DNA from: Parcubacteria group bacterium Greene0416_36
Lineage (GTDB): Bacteria; Patescibacteriota; Patescibacteriia; VMEV01
NCBI GenBank assembly: GCA_007375725.1
Contig: VMEV01000007.1
Span: forward strand, 22,895 to 86,894
Length of the DNA: 64,000 nt
Direction: 5' to 3'
Positions 1 through 9,390 of the stretch are shown in pieces. Made by a program: the position numbers and the translations under genes. The notes under the pieces are model-generated. The model was not told the origin of the DNA. It worked only from the letters and a program-made list of their open reading frames with translations, and did no database searches. Every line of letters begins with the position of its first letter. Position 1 is the first letter of the stretch.

Positions 1-539
1 ACGAATTTGGCGGGAGTCCAATCCATTTTGCCTCGGCAGAACCGAACGAAATCACCCAGAGTCTCGACCGGAAAGATATCGATGCCCTCCAAAACCGAGG
101 CCTCTTCGGCATTATCGCGGGGCAAAAAGATGCGGGTGCATCCCATTTTCTTGGCCGAGAGAACGATGGGAAGCACGCCCGCCACCGCGCGCAATTTCCC
201 CTCCAAGGATAATTCTCCCAACAGAAGCGCATTGTCCGAATCCTCCCACCGAAGCTGGCCCGCGGCTTGGAGAATCGACGCCGCAATCGCCAGATCATAC
301 GAAGTCCCATATTTTTTGAGATACGCGGGCGCCAGATTCACGATCACCCGAGAACGCGGAAATGAAAAGCCGCTGTTCTTAATCGCGCCCCGCACCCGTT
401 CCTTGGCTTCATCAATCGATTTATCAGCCAATCCCACGATAAAAAACGCCGCCTGCCCAGCCGAAGAGTCCGCCTCCACATCCACGAGCTCCGCCTCCAG
501 TCCCACCAAAGACGCCGAATACACTTTGCCCCAGCCCAT
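1..539 (-). CDS. comM: YifB/ComM family Mg-chelatase-like AAA ATPase, N-terminal part; gene runs off the window start
   Basis: Minus-strand translation from the ATG at 537-539 gives MGWGKVYSASLVGLEAELVDVEADSSAGQAAFFIVGLADKSIDEAKERVRGAIKNSGFSFP..., the conserved ComM/YifB N-terminus. The listed + ORF 7..552 is its antisense shadow. Confidence 0.7.
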   Translation of the reverse strand, partial: MGWGKVYSASLVGLEAELVDVEADSSAGQAAFFIVGLADKSIDEAKERVRGAIKNSGFSFPRSRVIVNLAPAYLKKYGTSYDLAIAASILQAAGQLRWEDSDNALLLGELSLEGKLRAVAGVLPIVLSAKKMGCTRIFLPRDNAEEASVLEGIDIFPVETLGDFVRFCRGKMDWTPAKF

Positions 540-623
540 ACGAAAGATCTAAATAATAAAAAAATCGATCAAAAATCGATTCTCAACTGGGGCGAAATTT
601 CTCTCTCCGAAAATTTCTAAATG

Positions 624-673
624 TGTTTTATTTCTATTCAAAATTACAGGATCTATTTTTTTTTGGCAAATAA
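624..673. repeat. 50-nt direct repeat, copy 1 (TGTTTTATTTCTATTCAAAATTACAGGATCTATTTTTTTTTGGCAAATAA). Minus-strand reading looks like a promoter: TTGCCA-N18-TAATTT
   Basis: Near-identical to 2727..2776, with about 4 mismatches and a T-run swapped for an A-run. Lies upstream of comM and downstream of the lipoprotein gene. Confidence 0.7.
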
Positions 674-696
674 AATTTAAAAGAACTTCACCCCCA

Positions 697-1629
697 TTAG
701 GAAGCCCTATCAATAAGACTCGCATCAACTAGCTGAGGATATTGATATAAAATACTCATTATATCTCGAATATTTTGATTGGGATGAATGGCTAGAATTT
801 TTGATTCTATGTCAGTGAGTATGACGAGTGTCACCTCACCTCTTCTTACTTGGCTGGAAGATAAACCTAATTGTTCCACAACCTCCGATTTCTCCGGATC
901 AATCTCATAATACCATCCTCCCATAGCAATAGTCTTTTCAATATAATAGCCACATTCGTAATAAGGACAACCGGAGGAACCTGATGGCTTATTTCTGATT
1001 AAATAAACAGAAAAGAGATGCCGAATATCCTCACTATTCGCCACACTTTTCATTATTTCCTCCGGCAGAAACGGCAATGGTTCCCCCACCTTCAATGGTC
1101 CCAGCTGAGATATTCCTTCTAGCAAACTAAAATCCGCCAGCTCCGGATGGAATTGTAATACCTTCGAAAGGTCGCTCATCCCAGCATCAGGATATAAACC
1201 TACAATTTCCGATTCTCTATTCGTAACAATCATAAGAGAAGAATAGCCAGTACTCCATAGCTCTTCTCGATTTATTTCCACCCCAAATAATTCATCCAGG
1301 TCGGATATCCCGCTTCCCGCAAACCATCCACCCATGCTTCCAACCATAGCTCCCCCTAAACCACACTCATCAAAAAAACAATTATAAACGATGTCTTGGC
1401 TATAAAAATTGATATAAAATCTCGACGGAGGAATTTTCTTATAAGCATCACGGATTTCATATCCCGGATGAAAATTGGGAGGTGCAGTGACACCCACCCT
1501 AAGAGTACCGAAATGTGAAACACCTTTAAAATCTCCAGAGGATATAAACAAAAATACACAGCCAAAAAGAAGACAAATCAATAATGCCAATGAAATTTTG
1601 AGAGGATATTTCATAGACTTAAGCAACAA
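697..1629 (-). CDS. hypothetical exported protein or lipoprotein; candidate immunity partner
   Basis: 310-aa ORF. N-terminal hydrophobic signal ...ISLALLICLLFGCVF with a lipobox-like LFGC. The start overlaps the stop of the upstream gene by 11 nt, suggesting translational coupling. Confidence 0.55.
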   Translation of the reverse strand: MLLKSMKYPLKISLALLICLLFGCVFLFISSGDFKGVSHFGTLRVGVTAPPNFHPGYEIRDAYKKIPPSRFYINFYSQDIVYNCFFDECGLGGAMVGSMGGWFAGSGISDLDELFGVEINREELWSTGYSSLMIVTNRESEIVGLYPDAGMSDLSKVLQFHPELADFSLLEGISQLGPLKVGEPLPFLPEEIMKSVANSEDIRHLFSVYLIRNKPSGSSGCPYYECGYYIEKTIAMGGWYYEIDPEKSEVVEQLGLSSSQVRRGEVTLVILTDIESKILAIHPNQNIRDIMSILYQYPQLVDASLIDRAS

Positions 1630-2581
1630 CCTCTAAAACTCCAATACTTTTCGAATCTCCTTTCCTTGCGACTATAAGAGTATTGAATAATTCATCCCAT
1701 CGTTCTACTTCTGGAATAGTAATGCACCCCGCCGTTACTCGCCCCGGATGCAAGTAACGTGCATCTTTATAATCATGGCCAATATGAAACCACACCAGCG
1801 CCTTTGTCGCTCTGTCCAAATACGTCCTGCCAAGCTTATGTGGATGATCAGGGATTTCTACATCATAAAATCCCTTGTCCCATGATTGTCCAAGGTAGGG
1901 CACCACTTTATATATTTGTCCTTTCACTTTAAGTTTTTGTTCGGAAATGGAATAGATAAGTTCAGCAGGCCCAGTGTGCAAATTGTTTAATATAAAATGA
2001 GACGAACCATCCTCTTTCAATCTGACAGATGCTCGTTGCCCTTGAAGAAGTCCTTCCAAAATCAAAAAATAGTCTCGTTTCGCTTCCGTATAACGAAACA
2101 AAATCTTGAGATACTCTGGGACCGATTCTTCAGTGCCATCCTCCATCTTTACTCGTAAAAATCCATTATCCTGCTTTCCAATATATCTAATAGAATCAAC
2201 GACTTCAAGATAGAGAACCACCTCAAACCGAGCCTCCGATCCTTCAGTTAGCCCCCTAAACTCGTGGACTTTTACCATGCGAGTAACCTGTTGTGGGGTA
2301 GAACTCTCCAGATCAAATTTTATTAAAAACTGTTCGACTCCCACATCATTAAACACAAGGTCTCTTTCGATAATTTTTAAAGTGACCGAAAAAACAAGAT
2401 TTGATTGATCAACGCGAAGTCTCCCGATTTCTTTGTGAATCTGAGAAGTCGTGCCATTTTTTATTTTTTTATTGAGGCCAAAAAAAATCCCAAAACCCTC
2501 TATCTCTATTCGGATATCACTACCAATGGATTTACCAGAATATTTTATAGAGACCAAAGTACAAACAAGATCTTTTACCAT
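1619..2581 (-). CDS. L,D-transpeptidase-fold (YkuD/Tlde1-like) domain protein with an N-terminal domain of unknown function and no signal peptide
   Basis: The C-terminus ...WFHIGHDYKDARYLHPGRVTAGCITIPEVERWDELFNTLIVARKGDSKSIGVLEVV matches the L,D-transpeptidase catalytic signature H-x(n)-[ST]-x-G-C-[IV], followed by the conserved acidic/hydrophobic tail. No N-terminal hydrophobic segment. Confidence 0.5.
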   Translation of the reverse strand: MVKDLVCTLVSIKYSGKSIGSDIRIEIEGFGIFFGLNKKIKNGTTSQIHKEIGRLRVDQSNLVFSVTLKIIERDLVFNDVGVEQFLIKFDLESSTPQQVTRMVKVHEFRGLTEGSEARFEVVLYLEVVDSIRYIGKQDNGFLRVKMEDGTEESVPEYLKILFRYTEAKRDYFLILEGLLQGQRASVRLKEDGSSHFILNNLHTGPAELIYSISEQKLKVKGQIYKVVPYLGQSWDKGFYDVEIPDHPHKLGRTYLDRATKALVWFHIGHDYKDARYLHPGRVTAGCITIPEVERWDELFNTLIVARKGDSKSIGVLEVVA

Positions 2582-2726
2582 ATATTTTAATTTTGTTTTT
2601 TATTACTTTATGTGGGAGAATTATTTTGTGCTAATTATAGCATTTTAATACAAAAGAGTTCAATAAAAACACAAAAAACCAATTTCAAATCGGTTCTTAA
2701 CTCGGGACAAAGATTTTCTACACACA

Positions 2727-2776
2727 TGCTTTATTTCTATTTAAAATTACAGGATCTAAAAAAAATAGGCAAATAA
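2727..2776. repeat. 50-nt direct repeat, copy 2. Minus-strand reading looks like a promoter: TTGCCT-N17-TAATTT
   Basis: Matches 624..673. Lies about 150 nt upstream of the 1619..2581 gene start and just downstream of the lspA stop. Confidence 0.7.
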
Positions 2777-2796
2777 CTGCTTGTTGTCCGGCAAGG

Positions 2797-3243
2797 CTAG
2801 TACCTATTACGCCCCCGCCAATCCCTATAAATCCAGCTCACCACGCCGCAAAAGATGAGGATATCAGCGATATTGATGATGGAGGAGCGCCAAGATCCCC
2901 AGGAGATGGCAAGATAATCGACGACATAGCCGTGAGCGAGTCGGTCGGAGAGGTTGGTCGCGGCGCCCAGAAGAATCGCCACAAAACTGAGCCGATAGGG
3001 TCGATTGTCGATACGATGGGAGAAAAACAAATAACAAATGACAGCTAAAATCAAAAAATTAAAAAACAAAATAAGCCTGCTCGAAAGCGGAATCCCAAAG
3101 GCAAGGTTATAATTGGCAAAAGAGGTGAATTCTAAAGTAAAAGGACCCAAGTTGGACAGCGTAACGGTAAAATCCAATCCCAAGACCGACCACTTGATGC
3201 ACTGATCTATCAAAATCGAAAGAATCAGAACCCAATAGAGCAT
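2797..3243 (-). CDS. lspA: lipoprotein signal peptidase II
   Basis: 148 aa and multi-pass. Conserved LspA motifs: NLAFGIP (the NxGxAFG box) and DRLAHGYVVDYL. Confidence 0.85.
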   Translation of the reverse strand: MLYWVLILSILIDQCIKWSVLGLDFTVTLSNLGPFTLEFTSFANYNLAFGIPLSSRLILFFNFLILAVICYLFFSHRIDNRPYRLSFVAILLGAATNLSDRLAHGYVVDYLAISWGSWRSSIINIADILIFCGVVSWIYRDWRGRNRY

Positions 3244-3246
3244 GTA

Positions 3247-3618
3247 TTAAATCTTTAATTTCTCCTTGCATGCCACGCAGTAGTTTGAAGCGGGACGAGC
3301 GATCATTCGAGCGGAAGGGATTTCTTTCCCGCATTCCATGCAAAGGCCATAATTTCCCTTCTCTAGGCGGCCCAAAGCCTTTACCACGCCCTGCAAGGTC
3401 GTCTCGAGCACTTTCTCGAGAGCCAAGCGGTTCTCAAACAGCTCAACCTCCAAGGCATTATCCTCCTCAGTATCCCCCAGATTCAAAAAATCCGCGTCAT
3501 AATCATTTTTTGCCGCGGTTTTATGGCTAAATTCGGCGAGTTCCTTTTCCAACTTCGCCTTATGCGCCAATAATTTCTTCTTGATCTCGACTAAGACTTT
3601 AGGTTCTAGATGCTTCAT
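3247..3618 (-). CDS. dksA: DksA/TraR family C4-type zinc-finger transcription factor
   Basis: 123 aa with a coiled-coil N-terminus and a C-terminal CMECGKEIPSARMIARPASNYCVACKEK four-Cys finger, typical of DksA/TraR. Confidence 0.8.
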   Translation of the reverse strand: MKHLEPKVLVEIKKKLLAHKAKLEKELAEFSHKTAAKNDYDADFLNLGDTEEDNALEVELFENRLALEKVLETTLQGVVKALGRLEKGNYGLCMECGKEIPSARMIARPASNYCVACKEKLKI

Positions 3619-4633
3619 ATATTTAGAATTTATAGAAGAAAATTTTAAAAAAAGATTTTAACCAAATTTTGAACCCAATCCTGAAAACTGAAAGCTAATA
3701 ACTGATAGCTTTTCCTAAAAGCAGCTACAGTATATAAAAAGATGTAAGGTCTGACAAATAAGTCATTTAAAAAATTGCCATAAAAAGTTTAAAGGCGTCA
3801 CGAGCAAATGTGCAAACCCGAAAATAAATTTTTTGGTTGCTTATTGCTTTTTTTGTGACGCCTTTGGTTGCTCTCTTTTTGTTCCCTTCCTAAGATGATG
3901 AGATGTCAATGACTGAGTCATGCACCATCTGGCCATCTAAAAGGCTGAGAATCGAGCGGAGCTATTCTCGTCTAGGAAAGGAGAACCCCTTTCTCAAACG
4001 AGATGCTTTTTAGTCGAATTTTTTTAAGAAGTAATTATTACTTCTCTATTCGAATCTAAATAAGACTTTTTATTTTTTCTATTTGGTTTTTGTTTTTCCA
4101 AAGAACCTAGCTGGCTGCGATCATATATTGTATTCGATCACAGCCTCTTTTTGAATCCGAATTTATTTCATTCGGATTGTTGTTCAGAAAACAAGCTCTT
4201 GTGGCTCTTGCGTGCCAAACAACAATCCGAAACGGCTTCAAAAAATGTTGCTTTTTTACTTCTATTATTTCTACACCTTGTAGATTTTGTTGATTTTTCT
4301 TCTATAGGGTTCCTTCTCGGAACTTTTTTTCTATAAAAGCCTATCAATAAAATCCTTCTCTAATAAAGGTACAAATTTCCTCCTTCTTCAAAAGAACACT
4401 TTTTTCCAAAAAGAACTTCTATATGATTCTGTCTTTCGCTCCCCCTTATCCCAATGTCTCATCCATTCGTGATCGCGAATGGAATGTCCGACAATTCGGC
4501 AATCTGCAATATGAATACATTATACCAACCTATTCCACCTGGGTCAAAATTCACACATGATCAAACAAAAAAGGCCTTATAAACAAGGACAAAAATATTT
4601 ATCAACACAGTATCCACTTTATCCACAACCTGT

Positions 4634-5869
4634 TTATTGCCCCAAAAAACAAAAAGTGAAAAAGTTGTGGCTCCACACGGCCTTCCATCCCCGATCTATG
4701 CCCGAAAAAGATATTGACGGCAAATAAGAAGCGCTATTGCAAGACCTAAAATAAGGCTCATTCTCGATCACCTTGGAATAAACATGGAATTCATTTTCAT
4801 CTTCATGGTAAAAAATCGGCAAGGCCTCGCCCAAACGAGACAATTGCAGTCCATCGGCACCCGGAATCCACTCCAAATTCGCAGGATTAGCCCTCAAAAT
4901 CGGGACAATATTTCCATGTCCCCCTTTTATTTCTTCCCGCGATGGATATAAAAAGGAGGATAACGATTTAATATTTTTCAAAAAAACCTCCTTATTCAAA
5001 TCTTTTTTGTCCAATACTCCCCACGCCAAATCAAAATCCATCTCACCGACCGCTGAAATATCCCAATCCATTTTTGTCACGGTTCCTAAGATCTGATCAA
5101 TAAAATCCGTGGAAAATAAAAAAGTCAAGCCCGCTCCGGAATCACTCAAATATTGGACATACAAAGGATCATTATTTTTAAAATGATTGAATAGTTTGGA
5201 AATAGAAATGTCGCCAGTGGAATAAGCCTTGAAATCTAGACGATTCCCGGCTTGAACCTTCCCTGAAAAATAGAATTTCTCGCCGCTGTCCAATAATGCG
5301 GATAGGGAAATCTCGGGCAAGTCCGAATCAGCTGGTTTCATCTTGCCGCCCCGAATCATGCCGCCAAAAGAATCATTCCAAAATAATCCCAGCGGCTCCC
5401 ACGTGAAATCGAAAAAGAGACGCGAAGGATCATCAAAAATAATCGGCCGAGGAGAAGCCATCACAATGCGGCCTTTTCTTTCCACCACCCAATTTGGATA
5501 GTGCCGAGAGAAAAATCGCATTACAGCAGACTCATCATTCGGATGAGTATAGACTACCGGAACCCACTCGTTTTCAACTTGATAAACAGCAATGGCTCCG
5601 GATCTGGAAACACTCAGCCCCTCTAAAAAATAATTGATATTTTCAATGCCGACTAATTCCGCCAGCCTGCCTTCAAAAGGAAATAGGTCTTCGGGCCGGT
5701 CTATACGTATATAACCCACCCAATCCTGGGGCAAATAGCGCAGGAAAGGATCCCAAAAAAATTTCGCTAAAACCCAAGCCAACAAAATCAAACCAACAAA
5801 AAAAACAGCGGCAATGATCTTAGCCGCCCGAGGTGAAAACTTCGAGTGAATGGAGTGAATTTCGATCAT
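4634..5869 (-). CDS. hypothetical membrane-anchored protein
   Basis: 411-aa ORF with one N-terminal TM helix (IIAAVFFVGLILLAWVLAKFF) and no recognisable catalytic motif. Ends 7 nt before the GT4 gene. Confidence 0.55.
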   Translation of the reverse strand: MIEIHSIHSKFSPRAAKIIAAVFFVGLILLAWVLAKFFWDPFLRYLPQDWVGYIRIDRPEDLFPFEGRLAELVGIENINYFLEGLSVSRSGAIAVYQVENEWVPVVYTHPNDESAVMRFFSRHYPNWVVERKGRIVMASPRPIIFDDPSRLFFDFTWEPLGLFWNDSFGGMIRGGKMKPADSDLPEISLSALLDSGEKFYFSGKVQAGNRLDFKAYSTGDISISKLFNHFKNNDPLYVQYLSDSGAGLTFLFSTDFIDQILGTVTKMDWDISAVGEMDFDLAWGVLDKKDLNKEVFLKNIKSLSSFLYPSREEIKGGHGNIVPILRANPANLEWIPGADGLQLSRLGEALPIFYHEDENEFHVYSKVIENEPYFRSCNSASYLPSISFSGIDRGWKAVWSHNFFTFCFLGQ

Positions 5870-5876
5870 ATTTTAC

Positions 5877-6977
5877 CTAAGCATACAAAGACTCGATAGA
5901 AGACACAATATTCTCCCAATTATAATCCTTGGCCGCGATCGTATAAGAAGCGGTGGCTTTCTGGGCCACGACTTGGGGATAGTCCAACACATATTGGAGT
6001 TTAGCCGCGAGATCCGCCACATTTTTGGACTCAAAACTGACTCCCTCATCTCCCACAACCTCCAGATTCTCGGGAATATTGCTTATAACCGAGCACTTGC
6101 CCATTTTCATGGCTTCGAGCAAGGCCACGGATAAACCTTCAGCCTCAGAGGGCTGGACGAACACATAAGCATTTTGAAACACTTCCAAAAGATGATCGCC
6201 CGAAAGGGATCCAGTAAAAATAATATTCGAATCTCCCGCGGCTTTATCCAAAAGCAATTGTTTGTAAGAATCGGTATAAGAGGCATCGCCAACCAAAACT
6301 AATTTCTTATCGGTTTTGAGCTGGCGATAGGCGTCGATCAAATAATGAAGTCCCTTGTGCTGAACAAAACGACTCACCGCCACAAAATATTCATTGGGGC
6401 GAAGATTCCATTTTGCAAGCTCAGAACCGGCCGTGATTTTTTTGAAATCAGGCACACCATTGGGAATATAGTCAGACTCGCGGCCATACGTACCCCGCAC
6501 ATATTGCTGGATCGTTTTGGACACAGCGATAATCCGGTGGGCCAAACGACACAGCATCCACTCGCCCAAATGAAGGTAAGCGCGCGCCAAAAGCCCCCAT
6601 TTCTGGTGCTTATAATCCTGACAATGAAAAGTGGCAATCACCTTAGCCGTTGGTTTGAAGATTCGAGGAATCCAAAGAAGAGAAGAAGGACCGATGGCAT
6701 GATAATGCACCACATCCGCCTTCCGGAAAAGCACATGAACACTGGCCAAAAATGTATGGACAATCGCTTCCAAATGCTTAGAATAAATCGTGGGCAAATA
6801 AATCAGATTCACCCCCTTATACAAAGTCACAGACTTCCCCTTGGAATAGCCGGCACGACAATAAACGTAGACACTATGTCCACGCTCGGCCAAACGAATG
6901 GCCAACTCATCCACATGCCGCTCGACACCTCCCGACAGCGCCGGGATGCCCTTTTGTCCAATCATGTAAACCCGCAT
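5877..6977 (-). CDS. glycosyltransferase family 4 (GT-B fold, RfaB-like)
   Basis: 366 aa. MRVYMIGQKGIPALSGGVERHVDELA N-terminus and the C-terminal EAEGLSVALLEAMKMGKCSVIS motif (the E-x7-E region) are typical of GT4 enzymes. Confidence 0.85.
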   Translation of the reverse strand: MRVYMIGQKGIPALSGGVERHVDELAIRLAERGHSVYVYCRAGYSKGKSVTLYKGVNLIYLPTIYSKHLEAIVHTFLASVHVLFRKADVVHYHAIGPSSLLWIPRIFKPTAKVIATFHCQDYKHQKWGLLARAYLHLGEWMLCRLAHRIIAVSKTIQQYVRGTYGRESDYIPNGVPDFKKITAGSELAKWNLRPNEYFVAVSRFVQHKGLHYLIDAYRQLKTDKKLVLVGDASYTDSYKQLLLDKAAGDSNIIFTGSLSGDHLLEVFQNAYVFVQPSEAEGLSVALLEAMKMGKCSVISNIPENLEVVGDEGVSFESKNVADLAAKLQYVLDYPQVVAQKATASYTIAAKDYNWENIVSSIESLYA

Positions 6978-7225
6978 AAAATAAGGAGAAAGTTAATCTA
7001 AAGATTATAACAGGAAATAGGAAAGAAATCAACCCTACTTCGCTCATTTGATGGCTAAAGCCATCAAGAGCTACGCAGGGCAAGCTCTCTAAAATCTTTA
7101 TGGCGAAGTGGGAGGCAGGCCCCCACAAAAATATTATCCACACCTTTTCACCTTGCAAAAAAAATCCGGATTTCCTAATGTTATTTTCAGAAATAAAACA
7201 CGAGACGTCCCACTCACGTGTTTTT

Positions 7226-9361
7226 ATGTTTTCAAAAAAAATCATCGCCATGACGGTCTGGACAATCTTGGGATTGGCTCTTTTTCCGATACAAGCGAGT
7301 GCTGAATCCTCAATCCTTATTACTGAAATCCTACTGGAAACCACGGAGAATTCAAGAGAAGAATTCGTGGAGCTGTTTAACCCAACAAATGACGCAATCA
7401 ATCTCGAAAAATGGAAGCTCGTCAAAAAAACGGCCTCCGGGAGTACCCAAAACTTGATATCTGCTTTTCCAAATATCATCATTGAGCCACGCGGATATCT
7501 TTTGATTTCTTCGCCCGATTTTGGAAATTCATTTCTAGCAGATATCCTCTATTCCAACCAATCCACCACCTTGGCTAAAAATAATACGATTGAACTAATC
7601 GATCTCAATAGCGTGGTTGCGGATGAAGTTAGATGGGGTGAATTGAATTTCGCTGGAGAAAATCCAGCGATAAATCCAAATGCGGGGCAAAGTTTGGAAC
7701 GGAAAAAAAATACGGACGGTATTTTTGTCGATACCGATGACTCGCTGGCAGATTTTCAATTACAAACAACGCCGAATCCTCAAAATAAAAATACACCCGT
7801 AGAAACCTCTACCCCAATCATTCCACGGGACCCTATAGATCCAGTAGAGCCAGTGTCCCCTGAAAATCCGCCAATACCCAATCCACCCACGGCTCCGGCA
7901 CCACAATCCAATAGCACCCAAAGCAGCCCGACACTCTATCCATCAGGATCTCTCCTCATCAGCGAAATAGTCGTGGCTCCGGCAGAAGGAGACACGGAAT
8001 GGATCGAGCTGTACAACAATACCAATACCCACATGCGCCTGGGAAATTTCGTGGTCAAATATTCCACGCGAACCATTCCACTGGAAGGAATTCTGACTCC
8101 GAGAAGCTATTTCATTGTCCCGAATCTCAAGGGAAATCTGGCCAATGAAAAAGGCACTATTTCCATAGAACAATCAGGCATTCTGATGAGTCAGTTGCCC
8201 TATGGCGGAGATTCCGGAATTCTCGCGCCCAAAAAAGGACAAAGCCTCGCGCGCATTTTCGAGGGCATCGACACCGGAAGCAGCCTCAATGATTTTAGCC
8301 TTACCGACTCCCCAACAAAAGGGACGAAAAATAATATTTCGATAAAAGAAATATCCAGAGAAACAAAATCAGATTCTGAAATAATTGGGGATATTCTCAA
8401 TTCCAAAGAAATTCCCGCCCAAACGGAAACCAAAACCCAGCCCCAAAGAATCACCCAGATCAAAACAGAATCGATAAAAATCTCCACTCCTCTATTATCT
8501 GCAGATAATAAAATCAATTCTCCCGATCCACTCACCGACATAGCGCAATTATCGAAAGTCAAAAAAGAAATTCTCCTAGAATTATTGCCGTGGCTCCGGA
8601 CTCAAATCAATGAGCAAATCAAAAACTCCGTCCCAATATCTCAAACAAAAACAACAGCCGCGGCTAAAAAAAGAAGTCCACCCTCCATCCTGATTTCAGG
8701 AACCGTCTCAACCCTCCCCGGAGAAATACTCAAACGATCCTTTTTTCTGGAGCCGGATGGCTATGAAATAAATCTATCCAAAGGAGATTTCCCTGCCTTG
8801 AAAAGAGGACAGGTCGTGCACATAAAAACATCGGCCGACCCGGCAAACAAAAAAATCAAAATCACAAATCCAAATCAAATAAAAGTCAGTACCAAACAGG
8901 AAGAACTCACTCCAGAATTACTACCGATTGATCAAATCACTCAGGATTTATTGGGCAAACTTCTCGCGATCCAAGGCGAAGTCTTAGAGAAAAAAAATTC
9001 GAAATATCAGATCGGGGATACTCTAGGAGAAGTATGGGTTCAAATCTCCACGGCCCAAGCCCAAGACAAAAAGATAAAAGCGGGAGATACCCTCCAAATC
9101 GCAGGCATTCTGAGAAATAATCAAGCGAAAGAATTATTTTTACAGCTGCGAGATGCGGGCGATCTGACGAGCTGGATCCCCAATAAGAATCCTCAAGAAT
9201 CAATAGAATCAGACAATCAGGCAATATCACCCTCTAGCGGAAACAAATATGCCCAGCACCCTGCCCTGCTGATATTATCGTTATCTATAAATGGGATACT
9301 GATCGCATTCCAGATATTTAAAAAGCAACAAAATAACAAATCCCCCTTAATCCCCCTTTGA
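7226..9361 (+). CDS. secreted lamin-tail-domain (LTD) protein with a C-terminal TM anchor
   Basis: Signal peptide MFSKKIIAMTVWTILGLALFPIQASA from the ATG at 7226. Two LTD units (ILITEILLETTENSREEFVELFNPTNDAINLEKWKL and LLISEIVVAPAEGDTEWIELYNNTNTHMRLGNFVV). Pro/Thr-rich linkers and a terminal hydrophobic helix. The stop codon lies inside hairpin repeat copy A. Confidence 0.75.
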   Translation: MFSKKIIAMTVWTILGLALFPIQASAESSILITEILLETTENSREEFVELFNPTNDAINLEKWKLVKKTASGSTQNLISAFPNIIIEPRGYLLISSPDFGNSFLADILYSNQSTTLAKNNTIELIDLNSVVADEVRWGELNFAGENPAINPNAGQSLERKKNTDGIFVDTDDSLADFQLQTTPNPQNKNTPVETSTPIIPRDPIDPVEPVSPENPPIPNPPTAPAPQSNSTQSSPTLYPSGSLLISEIVVAPAEGDTEWIELYNNTNTHMRLGNFVVKYSTRTIPLEGILTPRSYFIVPNLKGNLANEKGTISIEQSGILMSQLPYGGDSGILAPKKGQSLARIFEGIDTGSSLNDFSLTDSPTKGTKNNISIKEISRETKSDSEIIGDILNSKEIPAQTETKTQPQRITQIKTESIKISTPLLSADNKINSPDPLTDIAQLSKVKKEILLELLPWLRTQINEQIKNSVPISQTKTTAAAKKRSPPSILISGTVSTLPGEILKRSFFLEPDGYEINLSKGDFPALKRGQVVHIKTSADPANKKIKITNPNQIKVSTKQEELTPELLPIDQITQDLLGKLLAIQGEVLEKKNSKYQIGDTLGEVWVQISTAQAQDKKIKAGDTLQIAGILRNNQAKELFLQLRDAGDLTSWIPNKNPQESIESDNQAISPSSGNKYAQHPALLILSLSINGILIAFQIFKKQQNNKSPLIPL

Positions 9362-9390
9362 CAAGGGGGAAACTAGCTCCCTCCCTTGTC
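9337..9390. repeat. GC-rich hairpin repeat, copy A (CAAATCCCCCTTAATCCCCCTTTGACAAGGGGGAAACTAGCTCCCTCCCTTGTC)
   Basis: Perfect stem CCCCC/GGGGG with loop TTTGACAAG. Same element found at 24607 and 31712. Overlaps the last codons and the stop of the LTD gene. Confidence 0.8.

Noticed and set aside
7-552. 181-aa plus-strand ORF
   Set aside because: No recognisable motifs. The opposite strand encodes a well-conserved ComM/YifB N-terminus, so this is an antisense shadow ORF.
3619-4633. RNase P RNA, tmRNA or SRP RNA in the 1-kb gap
   Set aside because: No GGAAAGUCCGG / ACAGAAACCGGCUUA (RNase P), no tRNA-like 3' end with CCA (tmRNA) and no domain IV GGAA motif (SRP) were found by eye. Left as an unclassified candidate.
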